64,000 nt of DNA from Octopus vulgaris (Eukaryota): assembly GCA_951406725.2 (NCBI GenBank), contig OX597838.1, forward strand, positions 17,112,001 through 17,176,000, given 5' to 3'. The notes under the pieces are model-generated. The model did no database searches and was not told the origin of the DNA. It saw only the letters and a list, made by a program, of their open reading frames with translations. Positions 1 through 13,303 of the stretch are shown piece by piece (the first letter of the stretch is position 1; the number at the start of each line of letters is the position of its first letter). A program made the translations under genes and the position numbers.

Positions 1-282
1 TTATGAGCAATGCCCAAAATCCTTATCATGGTGAATTGGCAGAGTTTTCTGGAGCGTAGAACAAAGTGTATGCGGTATTTATTGCGGTTGTATACGTTTC
101 CAGTTCAAATGCTGCTCAAGTCAGCTTTACCTTTAATCTTTTCGGTGTCGCTTATTTTTAAGGTGCCATTCCAGGACGGTGATTTGGTGAAATCGTTAAA
201 GTGTCAGATAAGATACTCTGTGGTAATTTTAAAAAATAAACTTTTTTTGCATTCCTAGTTCTTGAATGGTATAATTCCATCA

Positions 283-665
283 GTGGAGGCGCAATGGCCC
301 AGTGGTTAGGGCAGCGGACTCGCGGTCATAGGATCGCGGTTTCGATTCCCAGACCGGGCGTTGTGAGTGTTTATTGAGTGAAAACACCTAAAGCTCCACG
401 AGGCTCCGGCAGGGATGGTGGTGATCCCTGCTGTACTCTTTCGCCACAACTTTCTCTCACTCTTACTTCCTGTTTCTGTTGTACCTGTATTTCAAAGGGT
501 CGGCCTTGTCACTCTCTGTGTCACGCTGAATATCCTCGAGAACTACATTAAGGGTACACGTGTCTGTGGAGTGCTCAGCCACTTACACGTTAATTTCACG
601 AGCAGGCTGTTCCGTTGATTCGGATCAACCAGAACCCTCGTCGTTGTAACCGACGGAGTGCTTCC
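283..665 (+). mobile_element. tRNA-derived SINE, family A (tail 1), full length with ~24-bp TSD
   Basis: A-box TGGCCCAGTGG and B-box GGTTTCGATTCC; near-identical copies at 14430 and 38943; TCTTGAATGGTATAATTCCATCAG on both sides (260-283, 669-692). Confidence 0.9.
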
Positions 666-839
666 TCCTCTTGAATGGTATAATTCCATCAGACGATCTT
701 TGATTATTGTCATTGAAGCAGACGCTGTTGCAAGCTTTTGGATCAGGTAAGAAAGGTCAGTATTGAATTGGCTGCGGAGTCATGAGTTTTAGCTGATTTC
801 AGAACCTCGTAGTTCTGGGTTCAATTTGATAGTGTGGGA

Positions 840-1086
840 AGAGGGATCTACCCACACTATCACATCAGCCGGTAGAATAAACACATAAATCTACTTAAGG
901 AAACTTGATCATTCTTAGCATCCTTCCCTTCCGTTTTGTAGTTTACTACTCACTTTAGAAACCCCCTCCTATACCTTTTTCTGTACCCATCCCTTAATGC
1001 CTCCTCTCCCATCCCCTCTTAATATTTTGACCACCAACTAACACTCCTTTTTCATTTTTTCTTACACTTTTTTCATTTTCACTTCC

Positions 1087-1143
<57 letters not shown>

Positions 1144-1648
1144 TTTTCTCACCTTTACCTTTGACCTCTCTCTTCATTTTAACATACACATCTCTTCTCC
1201 CCTCTCTATCCCCATAATACTATCACTACATTCTAAAATTTTCATTCACTCCACAAGACCCCTTTGAATGAACAGCACAGGGAATCTACGTCTCCACACT
1301 TTCCATTTGTGATGACAGAATATTAACTCCCATTGGAATTTACATACCACAGACATAAAGCATTTCTACCACTTCTACACACCACTTTCCTTGGATAAAG
1401 GAACTTTATACATTTTTATTTTTATTTCTACATTCATTCTCCTATTTCCCTATTTTACTTCTTATTTGCTTCCTTTTCCAAAATAACTCCTATATTGAAC
1501 TCTAATATTTGCCTCTATTTAACCATCTCACATCGTCTCTGATGAAGGGGTATCCCTAATATCCCAGAAACAGCTGTAAGACTAACTATCTCTTTATAAA
1601 TGTCCTGAAAACTCCACAAAGCCTTGGCTTTGTTGTCTCATGTTATTT
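840..1648 (+). mobile_element. Probable Penelope-like element 3' UTR/pseudo-LTR remnant
   Basis: Pyrimidine-rich tract, then a hammerhead motif, ending at (CA)n(TA)n; same layout as the PLE 3' end at 9859-11489; left boundary uncertain. Confidence 0.5.
1535..1582 (+). ncRNA. Minimal type I hammerhead ribozyme (PLE type)
   Basis: GTCT-CTGATGA-AG-GGGTAT..ATCCC-A-GAAA-CAGCTG-TA-AGAC: stem I GTCT/AGAC, intact core, palindromic stem III ACAGCTGT, GUA cleavage site after 1578. Confidence 0.85.
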
Positions 1649-1649
1649 A

Positions 1650-1679
<30 letters not shown>

Positions 1680-1681
<2 letters not shown>

Positions 1682-1832
1682 GCGCAGGCGTGTTTGTGTG
1701 GTAAGAAGCTTGTTTCCCAACCACATGGTTCAGGCTTCAGTTGTGCAGCGAGGTACCTTGGGCAAGTATCTCTTACTATAACTTCGGGTCGAGCAAAGTG
1801 TTGTGAGTGGATTTGGTAGAAGGAAACTGTTC
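1680..1832 (+). mobile_element. SINE family B, 5' part
   Basis: GGCGCAGG..GTGTGGTAAG..ACCTTGGGCAAGT head as in the full copies at 23043 and 52028. Confidence 0.75.
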
Positions 1833-1834
1833 TG

Positions 1835-2480
1835 GATGATGAATTTGTTTGCATTATATTATATAATATTTTGGGTGTGTGTGATGCTCGTATGTTTGTG
1901 TGTTGACGGGGTTCATCAGGGTGGTATGTATCATCTATGTGTGGAGTCCGTATGTTGTATATATTCAATTTTCACGTTCACGGAAAGAAACTATCCTGGT
2001 AGAATTGGTGGAGTGGGTATGGTTCCTCTTTGAAATGTCGGAGTGTAAAAAATATTGTTTGTGTATTCAGAGAGAAAAGGTTTCATTCCAAATGTTTAAG
2101 GTGTTATCTTTTGATTGGATGATATTTATATTTTCAGTAATACAAAGTTTCTGTTTGGCATCTCGACTCCTGGCTTTAACAATAATACTGTATGTTATAT
2201 AGAGGTTGCTTATCCCTCCTTGTTTCAAAGTCCATATCATATTGGATAGTGATGATGCGTGTTTCTTTTTTTTATTTTTGTCTCTGAATGACGCCCAAAT
2301 TTTGTATCTTTCCTTGAACGAGTTGCACTTCATTCCGATGTATTTGTTACTCCGTTGGGGTCCGTAATTTTAGCTTTGTATACTAGTTCTTTTTCCAGGC
2401 AGCTATTATTTAGAGGACAACGGTTCAGAGATCTACAGTTACAGTATCTTTCAGGGGTATTACTGATGAGTTTATTTTTA
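1835..2480 (-). pseudogene. Degenerate Penelope-like GIY-YIG endonuclease + 3' UTR
   Basis: Frameshifted YCNCRD..CPLNNSCLEKELVYKAKI..YIGMKCNSFKERY..SLSNMIWTLK..LCITE; hammerhead 5' half CTGATGAACCCC at 1919-1908. Confidence 0.8.
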
Positions 2481-2489
2481 AAATCCACC

Positions 2490-2690
2490 GCATATTAAAG
2501 ACCTAGAAAAATTAGACCTAAGACCACAATTAGCACCAAACTTAAAGAAGTAAATTTTCTAGATATTAACATGAAACTAAGCACAGGCAACCCTACCACA
2601 AACCAAATGAGGAAACGTTGTACTTAGACATAGGCTCCAACCACCCACTAGTAATCATTAAACAATAAGTTAATAATATTAGTTAGAAAA
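2490..2690 (+). pseudogene. Degenerate Penelope-like RT C-terminal fragment, inverted relative to the adjacent EN
   Basis: KEVNFLDINMKLSTG..PYHKPNEETLYLDIGSNHP, with frameshift and stop. Confidence 0.75.
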
Positions 2691-3042
2691 AATAGACACT
2701 TGTATACTTCTTCATGCGTGGGTGTCTTTGTGTCTGTGTTGACACTTGACAGCCAGTGTCCGTTCGTTTACGTTCCATAACTTGACGGTTCGACAAAAGA
2801 CACTGTTAGAATAATTACAGGATTAACAAAAAAATAAGTACTGAGGTCGATTTGTTCGAATAAAACTCTTCAAGGCAGTGTTACAGCATGGCCGCAGCCC
2901 ACTGAGTGAGAAACACTTTACTATATATACTACGTCCACACGCACTCAAACCAAGACTTCTCTCCACCTTCATACTCACCCTGTCATTTGCGACAAGCAC
3001 TACTGGAATGATACACTTAAGCACATGATACCTCACCTTACG

Positions 3043-3081
<39 letters not shown>

Positions 3082-3517
3082 ACACACACACACGCAGAAC
3101 ACAACACACATACATGTGCGTACACACATAGATACATACATTGCAACAGACACACACACACAGGTATGTACATATGCACACAAGAATGTTCACCTGTTTT
3201 CTTTTAACGTTTAGTCACATGACCAATGACGTCACGGCTCTCGCCGGACTATGGGTACTACTTTAGGTTAATGTAGCCTTGAAAGGCAAAGTGACAATTT
3301 GCCACGAATAGACTGACGTGTCTAACGTATGGTCATGTCATATCTGTCACTTAGACATTAAAGGGAGAGACTTGTAGGCTTGATTAATAGACTATAGAGG
3401 TAATTATACGTGAATGAGGCTAGGAGTGATACAAAGATGGAGGTGAATGGTTGCTCTAAATGGCGTCCTCGGCTGTTGCCGAATATTTTTGAAATAATCA
3501 CTTTGGCACCCTCACTG

Positions 3518-3549
<32 letters not shown>

Positions 3550-3572
3550 TTGTATGCATGTATGTATGTATG

Positions 3573-3609
<37 letters not shown>

Positions 3610-3615
<6 letters not shown>

Positions 3616-3868
3616 ATCACGTGACCGACCAGACCATCAGATGTTGTTACACATCGCTGGTCACAATGACGCCACCCCGCTGTTAAACGAGCAGGCCAAC
3701 AGAAGAAAGAGTGGCGAAAGAGTACAGCAGGGATCACCACCCCACGCCGGAGCCTCGTGGAGCTTTTAGGTGTTTTCGTTCAATAAACACACAACGCCCG
3801 GTCTGGGAATCGAAACCGCGATCCTGCGACCGCGAGTCCGCTGTCCTAACCACTAGGCCATTGCGCCT

Positions 3869-3871
<3 letters not shown>
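3610..3871 (-). mobile_element. SINE family A head with alternative tail 3
   Basis: Family A head/body at 3871-3710 joined to an unrelated tail ending GGTCGGTCACGTGATCACGTG at (TA)n. Confidence 0.75.
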
Positions 3872-3957
<86 letters not shown>

Positions 3958-4136
3958 TATACATATATATATATATATATGTATGTTTATACATCTATAT
4001 ATATATAAGTCTACCAGTCAAGTACTGGAGTTGATGTGATCGATTTACACCTTCTCCAAAATTACAGGCCTTGTGCCTATAGTAGAAAGGATATATGTGT
4101 GTGTGTGTTATATGTGTATTATATATATGTGCTTAT

Positions 4137-4182
<46 letters not shown>

Positions 4183-4229
4183 TATATCTATATATATATG
4201 TATATGTTTATATTTATATATACATATAT

Positions 4230-4291
<62 letters not shown>

Positions 4292-4310
4292 TTATATGTA
4301 TTTATATAAA
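3872..4310. repeat. (CA)n/(TA)n microsatellite cluster
   Basis: Directly visible. Confidence 0.95.
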
Positions 4311-4785
4311 ATTTATAGTTGGAATGTATAGATTAATACATACCAGCACAGAAATATACGCGCACATATATGAGCACACGGATACTTGCATATGTATAAT
4401 GAAAGAAAAAGGAAAAGAGAAAAAGAGAGAGAAAAGAAGAGAGAGATAAGATAGATAGATAGAGAGAGAGAGTTATACTTATTATACTTTGAACACTTAA
4501 TGGACAAGGTTTATCATATGCTTCTTAGTTAATCGTTATTTTATTAATAAGTATATTGAAAAACGCTTCGTGGAATAATGAAAAGTATTTATACGTAAAT
4601 AAGCAAGCATATTTGCGGATTTAACCAAGAGTTTGTGCGCGCACGCGCTCTCATTCACACATCACACACACACACGTATGTATGTGTGTGAATGAGAGTG
4701 TGTACATATACATATATATATATAATATTTATCATATATATGCATATTTATTATATATATTTATATTTATTATAGATATAATATT

Positions 4786-4824
<39 letters not shown>

Positions 4825-4843
4825 TTAGTTTATATATAATATT

Positions 4844-4879
<36 letters not shown>

Positions 4880-4898
4880 AATATTATATATAAACTAA

Positions 4899-4949
<51 letters not shown>

Positions 4950-4950
<1 letters not shown>

Positions 4951-5118
4951 GGGAAGGTTTACGAAAATAAACAAAAGACGGAGGCAGGTGGAGTACAAAC
5001 AAACAAATGTATTAGTATGGCGCTCAGGAATAGAAATAGAAAAAGTCTTTTACGTTTCGAGCCTACGCTCTTCGGCAGAAAGATACACAGAAAAAAACAA
5101 GGAGAGAAACAAGGAGAA
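4950..5118 (-). mobile_element. Short hammerhead-bearing element (copy 1) inserted in (TA)n
   Basis: Homologous to 25792-26001 and 47547-47753; flanked by (TA)n. Confidence 0.8.
5046..5083 (-). ncRNA. Ultra-minimal hammerhead-like motif, A6C variant
   Basis: TCTTT-CTGCCGA-A-GAGC-GTAG-GCTC-GAAA-CGTA-AAAGA. Confidence 0.65.
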
Positions 5119-5134
5119 AAAATGCGTGTAGGAG

Positions 5135-5198
<64 letters not shown>

Positions 5199-5265
5199 GT
5201 ATATATTTATATTTAGTATATATTTATATTCAGTATATATATAGTATATACTATATATATGTATA

Positions 5266-5299
<34 letters not shown>

Positions 5300-5443
5300 T
5301 TAGTATATATTTACATTTAGTATATATATAATATTTACTATATATATATGTATATATATATATATATATATAGTATATATTTACATTTAGTATATATATA
5401 ATATTTACTATATATATATGTATATATATATATATATGTGTAT

Positions 5444-5500
<57 letters not shown>

Positions 5501-6183
5501 TATGTATACACACACACGCACATATAAACACGTGGATATAGCTGTCAGTTTTTATACACGCTTATGGCTAGGACTGTCTTGGCAGTATTATATGTCTCTG
5601 GACATATCAGTGCAATGGGTCCAATGGTGTTTATATACTAACAGCAATTCATAGGTCAGAACCAGGACCCTAGATTCATGAGGGCCCCCGGCAGCGGCTC
5701 AGTGTGCCTGTGCCTAAGATGGCACTGCTAATGGTATTATATTCTGATAATAACTCTTGCGGTATTCATTGGTTTAGTCGAGGAAAAAAATTCAAAGCTT
5801 ATTTTAATTTTTGCACTGGAGATAAGTGAAATGGGAATAAAATTGCTCTGAGCAGCGTTAGAGTATAGCAATAAATAAATAAATAATTAAATGAATAAAT
5901 AAATAAATATTTAGATAAATAAATAAATAAATAAATAAATGTAAAAATAAATAAAGAGACAAAAAATAATTGCAATGCAACAAAAAGCAAGCAAAAATAC
6001 TAGAAATGCATTTTTGTTTTTGTGTCATCATTTTGAAAACAATTTTCTAAGGTTAGATGTTTTTGAACATTACATACCTCTGTACAAAAGAACTTAACTC
6101 GGTCCCCACAAAAAACGTCTGTCAAATTTTATAAATCCTTTTAGCTTTAAAACGTAAAACTAGAATTAAAAATGCAAACCTAC

Positions 6184-6575
6184 TTTTGTAGTTTTGATTT
6201 TTTCTTCCGATCAATCTTTCTTGATAGGACAGTTTTGTGATTAGCCTGAAGCTTAGGATTTCTGTGATATAATGACATTTTCCTGCTGTATCCAAGCTTT
6301 GTTCTTGTTGATGTTGCTGCTGTCGTATCTGCTGCTGCTGCTGCTGTTGTTTTTGTTTCTGAAACACGAAAAGAATTGCAACTACTTCCGGCTGTTTTGT
6401 CACCATTAACAGTGTTTTTCGCAAGGCTGTTGCTGTAGTGTTGATCTTTGCTATTTTCTCCATGTGTCATCGTATGATGGTCGTTCAGTTGTGAATTTCG
6501 TGACACTGACCCGCAAGCTAATTCTCCCGACACATGTGATTCAGTTAATAGTAGGCCGTTACGATGTTTTGACAT
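6184..6575 (-). CDS. Putative host-gene coding exon (MSKHRNGLLL...RKKKSKLQK), product unknown
   Basis: Non-repetitive 130-codon ORF ending at CAAAA|GTAGGT (phase-2 donor at 6183); in-frame stop upstream at 6674; possible acceptor TTTTTCCAG| at 6592. Confidence 0.6.
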
Positions 6576-7312
6576 ATCTAATATATAGTCTCTGGAAAAA
6601 TCTGTGTAATTCTTTGTCTTATCTTTTTGTTGTGTTGCTGTTGTTCTGCTGATGTTGGTTTCGCTTTGAAGTTATCTGCCAGCTTCTCGCAGGACTTACG
6701 ATGACCAATAAACCCGCTAGGAATAGTTATAAATATTAACTCACAGATAACACAAAAGCTTCCGGAAAGAACCTCAGTTGTGGTTGGTCAATGATATAAT
6801 ACATAATCATAAAAGCTTGACTGGTCTCATTTAGTAATTAACCCACAGATAGAAAAATAAAGTGAAAAAAGAAACCCAGAGAAGCAGTTGGTAGAAGGTC
6901 TTAGATATCCCACCTCACCCAGTTTTTGTTAGAGAAAACAAACTTATGAAACACGCTAGAAAAGGAGGCACATTTAATTGTGTAAATACACATTGTGTGT
7001 CTTGCAATTTCAGATCTAAATAGACAATTAAGGATAAGAAATATGGAGAGAATGTGCAACAAATCACCATATTAACATAGTTTTGGTATGAAATAATCGG
7101 TTTAGAGAGGTTACAGACTGCAAGTAGTCAAAGCTGCAGTGATCTCTGAGACGGAATTGAACAAATACAAGAGGAGACGAATGCCTTGATTGGAGTCAGT
7201 TGACAACGAAAGTTGCTTGCCGGTCGTTTGGTTAGTGGGTGGAAGGAAAGATGGCGGAGGGTGTTGAAGAGGTAGGAAAACATGATGACAAGAACGAAGT
7301 ATTTAGGACTAC

Positions 7313-7314
<2 letters not shown>

Positions 7315-7362
<48 letters not shown>

Positions 7363-7636
7363 TGCGTGTGCGTGTGTGTTTGTGTATGCGTGTCTGTGCG
7401 TGCAACAACAACATTGCTTCTGTGTATGTTGGAAGAGAAAAGAATAAGGGAGAAAGAAGAAAGAAAAACATCCCGAAGGGAAGGAGAGAGAGTGAGAGAG
7501 ATATAGATAGCAAGAAAGAGAGAGAGAGAGAGAGAGGGTGAGAGAGAGAGGGAGAGAGAAAAAGGGAAAGTGAGAGAGTGAGAGAGATTTAGATAGTAAG
7601 AAAGAGAGAGAGAGAGAGAAAGTGAGAGAGATAGAG

Positions 7637-7710
<74 letters not shown>
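7315..7710. repeat. (TG)n and (GA)n/(GATA)n microsatellites
   Basis: Directly visible. Confidence 0.9.
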
Positions 7711-7713
<3 letters not shown>

Positions 7714-9497
7714 AATAAAGCGAGAGGGAGTGAGAAAGAGTGGCGGGGATAAAAACCTAGAGCAGAAAATTGAGGAGTAGACAAGAAGCGATGAAGTGAA
7801 AACAGAGGAAAAGGAAGAGAAAGGAGCTGAAGAAAGAGTATAAGGAGAGACGGGGACACAAGGTTTGAGTGTATATTTTTGTAGGTGAGTATACATTCTG
7901 TTATACATGCCTGACCAATTCTGCTTATGTGTGACTGTATTTGTTTTGGTGTTAGTATTTCTGTACATGTGTGTAAGATTGAGTGTGCGTAGATGTATGA
8001 AAGTATGCGTGCATGTGTATGTGTGCATGTGTATGTGTATGTGTATGTGTATGTATATGTGTATGTGTATGTGTATGTGTATGTGGGGTTCAGTGCGTCA
8101 GTGTTGTACGAGTGCAAATGTTGTCTTTACGATTACAAGTGGATAGGTCTGTTGGAAGAGTTACGACGTGTTTTGCTTCTTTGTAACCAATCAGAACTTG
8201 GAATCAAGTGAAATGTCAGGGAGAATCAGTCAATTAAAAAAAGTCTAGAGGCCAATCATATCAATGAAAAGAAATACAATTCACAGGTCATGTCTAGGTC
8301 ACGGATGTGTGTGTGCACGTGTCTGTGGATGTGTGTGGGTCTTAATCTTTAAGGGGTTGGTAATGAAAGAATGACAATTAGGGTTTCGTAACTGAACGAA
8401 AAAAACAAAAAAAACAAAAGATAAGAATGAAACAAGTCTGCTTCATTATTTTTTCCCAGTGTAAAGGATACTTGAAAATAGAAGGAAGTGTAGTAATTAA
8501 CATGATTATAGTGAAAAAAAAGAAAAAAAAAAGGAATAAGAAGACAAAAATTCCCTACCCTAACGAAGGTGAATTTTGCTAATCCTCAAGGATTATGTAC
8601 ATATTCAATTTGATTTGACCCCTTTTTTCTCCTACAGTGTTTCTCCATCCTTTCTCATGCATAAACTGATTAATCCCATTTTAAGTTAACTTTACCTTAA
8701 CGGGGAAAAATCTCCAAGGCAACATATAATAACACCTATTCAGAAAATTGCTTTAGAAAAAAAATGTCCGCCATTTACTCCATCCATTAATTGTTATGAT
8801 AGCTAGATCTAAATATAGTCTATTGATATTGTTGTTGTTGTTTTTTAGCCCCTGGTCAGCCGTTATATGATCAAAAGTGTCAAAGCCATGATCAATCTTT
8901 CTTTATTTGAGAAGTGTCTATACAGGTACACATTTTTCAGTGTACCCTTTATTTTGTAAATTGGAAGGTTATGATTCGACTGCTATCTCCAGCAGATTCA
9001 GCGTCTTTTGGAAGCTCCTCTCTCGTGAGATCGTAATGTTACTGCTTAACCCCAGATCATCCCTGATTCAAGAGATCTATGACTAGATGGGTTCAAGCCA
9101 AATTCAATTCTCATTTGTTTCTGGATATAAGCTATCAAGGATTATATTAGCTCAAACACATTTTCTTTTAAGCCTGTAAGCAATAAGTTCTGGGATATTT
9201 TACTGTTATCCATCCAACCATTCATTGTCGCCACTTAGGGTCGTGGGGATAGAGTCCTCTCAGAAATCTCCTCCACAGGCTCTTACCAGAGACAACTATA
9301 ATTAAACTTTCCTGCTGGATTCTCAAATATGACCAACTGAGATTCTTTCTCTTTTCCTTGTTTCAGTCATTAGACTACGGCCATGCTGGGGCACCGCCTT
9401 TAAGAATTTTAGTCGAATAAATCAACCCCAGTACTAATTTGTTTTAAAGTACTGATACTTATTCTATGTCTCTTTTGTCGAAGCGCTAAGTTATGGA

Positions 9498-9545
<48 letters not shown>

Positions 9546-9546
<1 letters not shown>

Positions 9547-9772
9547 TTCTTATTACCCACAAGGGGCTAAACATAGAGGGGACAAACAAAGACAGACAAA
9601 CGAATTAAGTCGATTACAACGACCCCAGTGTGTAACTGGTACTTAATTTATCGACCTCGAAAGGATGAAAGGCAAAGTCGACCTCGGCGGAATTTGAACT
9701 CAGAACGCAGCGGCAGACGAAATACCACAAAGCATTTCGCCCGGCGTGCTAAAGATTCTGCCAGCTCACCAC

Positions 9773-9775
<3 letters not shown>
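9546..9775 (-). mobile_element. SINE family C monomer
   Basis: Head AAGGTGGTGAGCTGGCAGAA, B-box GAGTTCAAATTCC, core GCCTTTCATCCTTTCG..GTCGATAAATTAAGTACC. Confidence 0.85.
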
Positions 9776-9858
<83 letters not shown>

Positions 9859-9888
9859 GCGAGAATGAAGCAACAAGAATGGATAGGT

Positions 9889-9979
9889 TTTTAGTACAAT
9901 CGTTTCATACAAGGACAGGTTTTATTAAAAGTTGCAAAAATTACAGCATATAAACGTGTCCCGTACTCATCAGCTAAAA
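9889..9979 (-). ncRNA. Type I hammerhead ribozyme in the 3' pseudo-LTR
   Basis: Reverse complement of 13304-13394. Confidence 0.85.
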
Positions 9980-11489
9980 TACATGTGAGTTCTCTAGACA
10001 TCCTAGTGGTTGAGGCTATACTCATGAAGTAATGTAGATAATTAAGTAACATAAACAGATTTCAAAAGTTCATTAAAGTTCTTTAAAGATGATGTACAGT
10101 CTTATCACAGAATTTTAAAAAGTCTTAATAGCATCACAGAGAAGGTGACCTAATCCATAGTGCACATATGAATTTCCAGAGATATGATGAGGGATTACAT
10201 ACTCACAGAAGACAAATTTATCCATTGTTAATTACAACGAGGTGGGTTTCAATTCCTGCTTATTAGCATTACAGAGAGGGTGAATTAATCCTTTGTATAG
10301 ATGCACAATTTCCAATGGTGTAGGTGTAAATTTCCAAGGAATTTCATATTCACAGGCGATAAATTTATCAATGGTTGAACACAATGAGGTAGGTATCAAT
10401 TCTTGCTATATGATTAGGTATTTGCCACATTAATCACATTACTGCTATTTACAAGAGGCTGTAGCTATTTAACTTTTAAAGGCTGAAGGGCTTACTAGAG
10501 CTGTATAGAATAGAAAAGGGAAGGGCATAGAAGAAAAGAGAGAAAATAAAAGAGAGAAAATAAAAGAGGAGGGAGCAAAAAGGGGGGGGAAGGGGGACTC
10601 AAAGAGAAGAGAAAAGGAAAAAGAGAATAAGAAGAAGAAAAAGAAAAAAGAGAAAAGAGAAAGAAATAGGGAAGGAAGGGAAAAAAAGAGAAAAAGAGGA
10701 AAAAAAGAAAAAAGAAGAAAGAAGAAAGAAAAAGAAAAAAGAGGGTTCTAGTTATACAGAAGAATTAGTAGACGACAAGTCTGGTTTTAATTTACAGGCA
10801 TCTAGGAATTAGAGGAGAATATTATTCTTTGACCAGTTAAAACAGCTAATTTATTGCTGCTGAAATCAGCTATGAATTTAAAGAGAATCTAAAGAGATAA
10901 CACAGTTAGGGGTTTCGGGGTCAGATGCTAAAATCACCAGAAAATACATTAGGGAAAACTAGGTATAATCTTATCAAAAAGTCATTAAAATTTACTTATT
11001 TAATTTATTCATTTTATTGTCTTAAGGAGTTGCCGTTATTATTCATACATTGACGGACTACAGGTCAAATCTTAGAAGATCATTTAAAAGGTGTTAGGGG
11101 ATTGTCTATCATAATGAAGATAATCATATTATCACCGAGGGAAAAGTCTCATTTATTTAATTTTGAAATAGAATTATGGGTCTATAGTGACTCATTTTAA
11201 TTAATTAGAGTTATGCTAATTAAATTAGATTAAGTTAGGAACTAAAATTAAAAATTACAATTAAGATTTAAAATTAAGAATTTAAAAATTTAAAAATTGT
11301 GAGTTTGAAATTAAATAAAGCCTTAATTAAGCAGCGAATAAGTGCTATTCATTTCCCTGTTCTCAAAAAACTGATGCAGATATAGGAAAAAGATAACTGT
11401 AGTGTGAGAACTCTTAGTTATCTACTTAAAGCAGTGCTATACCAGTAGAAATCAGGTTATATCTAACCATCTAGTTACGAATATTCTAA

Positions 11490-12367
11490 TCATTTAAAAT
11501 ATTTTAAAGTCTTCAATTTAGCGTGGACACAAACTTGACCTAGTTCGATATGGTTATTCAATAGGTTTCTATGTTTTCTATGCTTTAGAATTTCATATGT
11601 TTCCATGGAGCATAGTTGGCAACCAACCCTACTATTTTTATACGGAATTGCTCTCCTAACTATTTCCCAATTAAGGTTATAATTTTTATTATTATTTTTG
11701 AGTTCCCAGATTTTGTTTGAAAGTGTGGTGGTACCAGCTTTATGACGTAATTTAAAAGTCGAGATGTGATTTCTAACTCTAGCTAAAAAATTAATTGTAC
11801 ATCCAATGTAATAATATTTGTTATTCTCCGTGGATATGGTACATTTATAGATTACATTATTTTCTCCACATAGACCAGGTGCCGGGCATTTTGATTTTAT
11901 TCTACACTTACACACAGGAGGAACACCTTCTGGCTTTGGATTATTCTTGGGTAGATGTTTTAGGTTCCTATTATTTTGATTATCATTTCTATAGTTGGTG
12001 CTGATATCTAAAGTATTGCTATTATTTCTTGATCCTTCTGTTTCATTATTTAGATCTAAAGTCCTACCATGATTTCTTATATTATTGGTAATGCTAATAT
12101 TATTGCTAGTCTTTTTATCCGACTGCATATTGTTGTTATAGATATCACTAATATTTTCATTCTCCTTATTTTCTCTATTTTCCCTATTTCTATTATTTCT
12201 ATTATTAACATTATTACTTCTACTAATATCGGCATTGCTATTATTACTATTAATGTTAATGTTATTAGTCATTCTGTGGTTACTAATTTCACCTATGTTT
12301 TGATAGTTACTATTGTTGTTTTTATTGTTGGTAGTATTATTACAATTGCTATTGGTATTAATGCTGA

Positions 12368-12398
<31 letters not shown>

Positions 12399-13067
12399 TA
12401 TATTTCTATCTTTCCTGGCTAGTTTAATGTTGTTATTATTAATTTTAGCTATTAAAGTGGACATATTTGGGAGGGTTGAATAAGAAATCCTAACTGTTTT
12501 CCTAGAAATAATTCTATGATATCTATGAGAGATAGGGAAATTTTTTTCCAGAATCACTTTGAATTTGTTCTGTATATCCGATTGTATCGCACAGTTGAAA
12601 GGAATATTCAGCCATAATATATCTTTTTTATTAAATTTAGGGTTCGTAGAATTATTACTATTCATCTCACCGGAGTTATTGTATTTATTACCATTATTTT
12701 TATTTTTATTTGTGTGCATCTTAGGTTTATCTACTTCAATACTATCCGAGTTACCTATGTTCTGGTCAATGTTTCTATTTGAATTGTTGGGCCTGTACGC
12801 TAGATTAGCGTTTACCGTTAGTTTAATTCTACTTTTATTTCGGGCTTGGACTTTATTGCTGCTTACGTGATTATTGATAACTTCATTATTAGGAATACGT
12901 GAGTTCCCCTTATCAACGAATGTAATCTTTTGGTTGTATCCAGCCTTAGTTAACGCCGCATTATAATGCTCAGAATGGGAGTTAAAAATATCCTTATTGG
13001 ATGATAATTTTGAAATTCTTAATGAAATATTTCTTACTAAAGATTCTATAATATTTGGGGGATGATT
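11490..13067 (-). CDS. Penelope-like polyprotein C-terminal part: RT thumb, Asn-rich linker, Cys knuckle, GIY-YIG endonuclease (5'-truncated)
   Basis: Open from NHPPNIIESLVRNISLRISKLSS..YNAALTKAGY through WLNIPFN..ISYSTLPNM, CKCRIKSKCPAPGLC, VIYKC..YYIG..R..H, CQLCSME to TGA at 11490. Confidence 0.9.
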
Positions 13068-13303
13068 TGTCTTCTGTGAGTATGTAATCCCTCATCATAT
13101 CTCTGGAAATTCATATGTGCACTATGGATTAGGTCACCTTCTCTGTGATGCTATTAAGACTTTTTTAAAATTCTGTGATAAGACTGTACATCATCTTTAA
13201 AGAACTTTAATGAACTTTTGAAATCTGTTTATGTTACTTAATTATCTACATTACTTCATGAGTATAGCCTCAACCACTAGGATGTCTAGAGAACTCACAT
13301 GTA

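Noticed and set aside
7248-7280. Plus-strand AAGATGGCG..GAG|GTAGGA possible first exon (MAEGVEE)
   Set aside because: Only 7 codons and no downstream plus-strand exon found; more simply 5' UTR or intron of the minus-strand gene
11470-11492. Selenocysteine readthrough of the PLE TGA
   Set aside because: The TGA follows the normal EN C-terminus, a TAA comes five codons later, and no SECIS was identified
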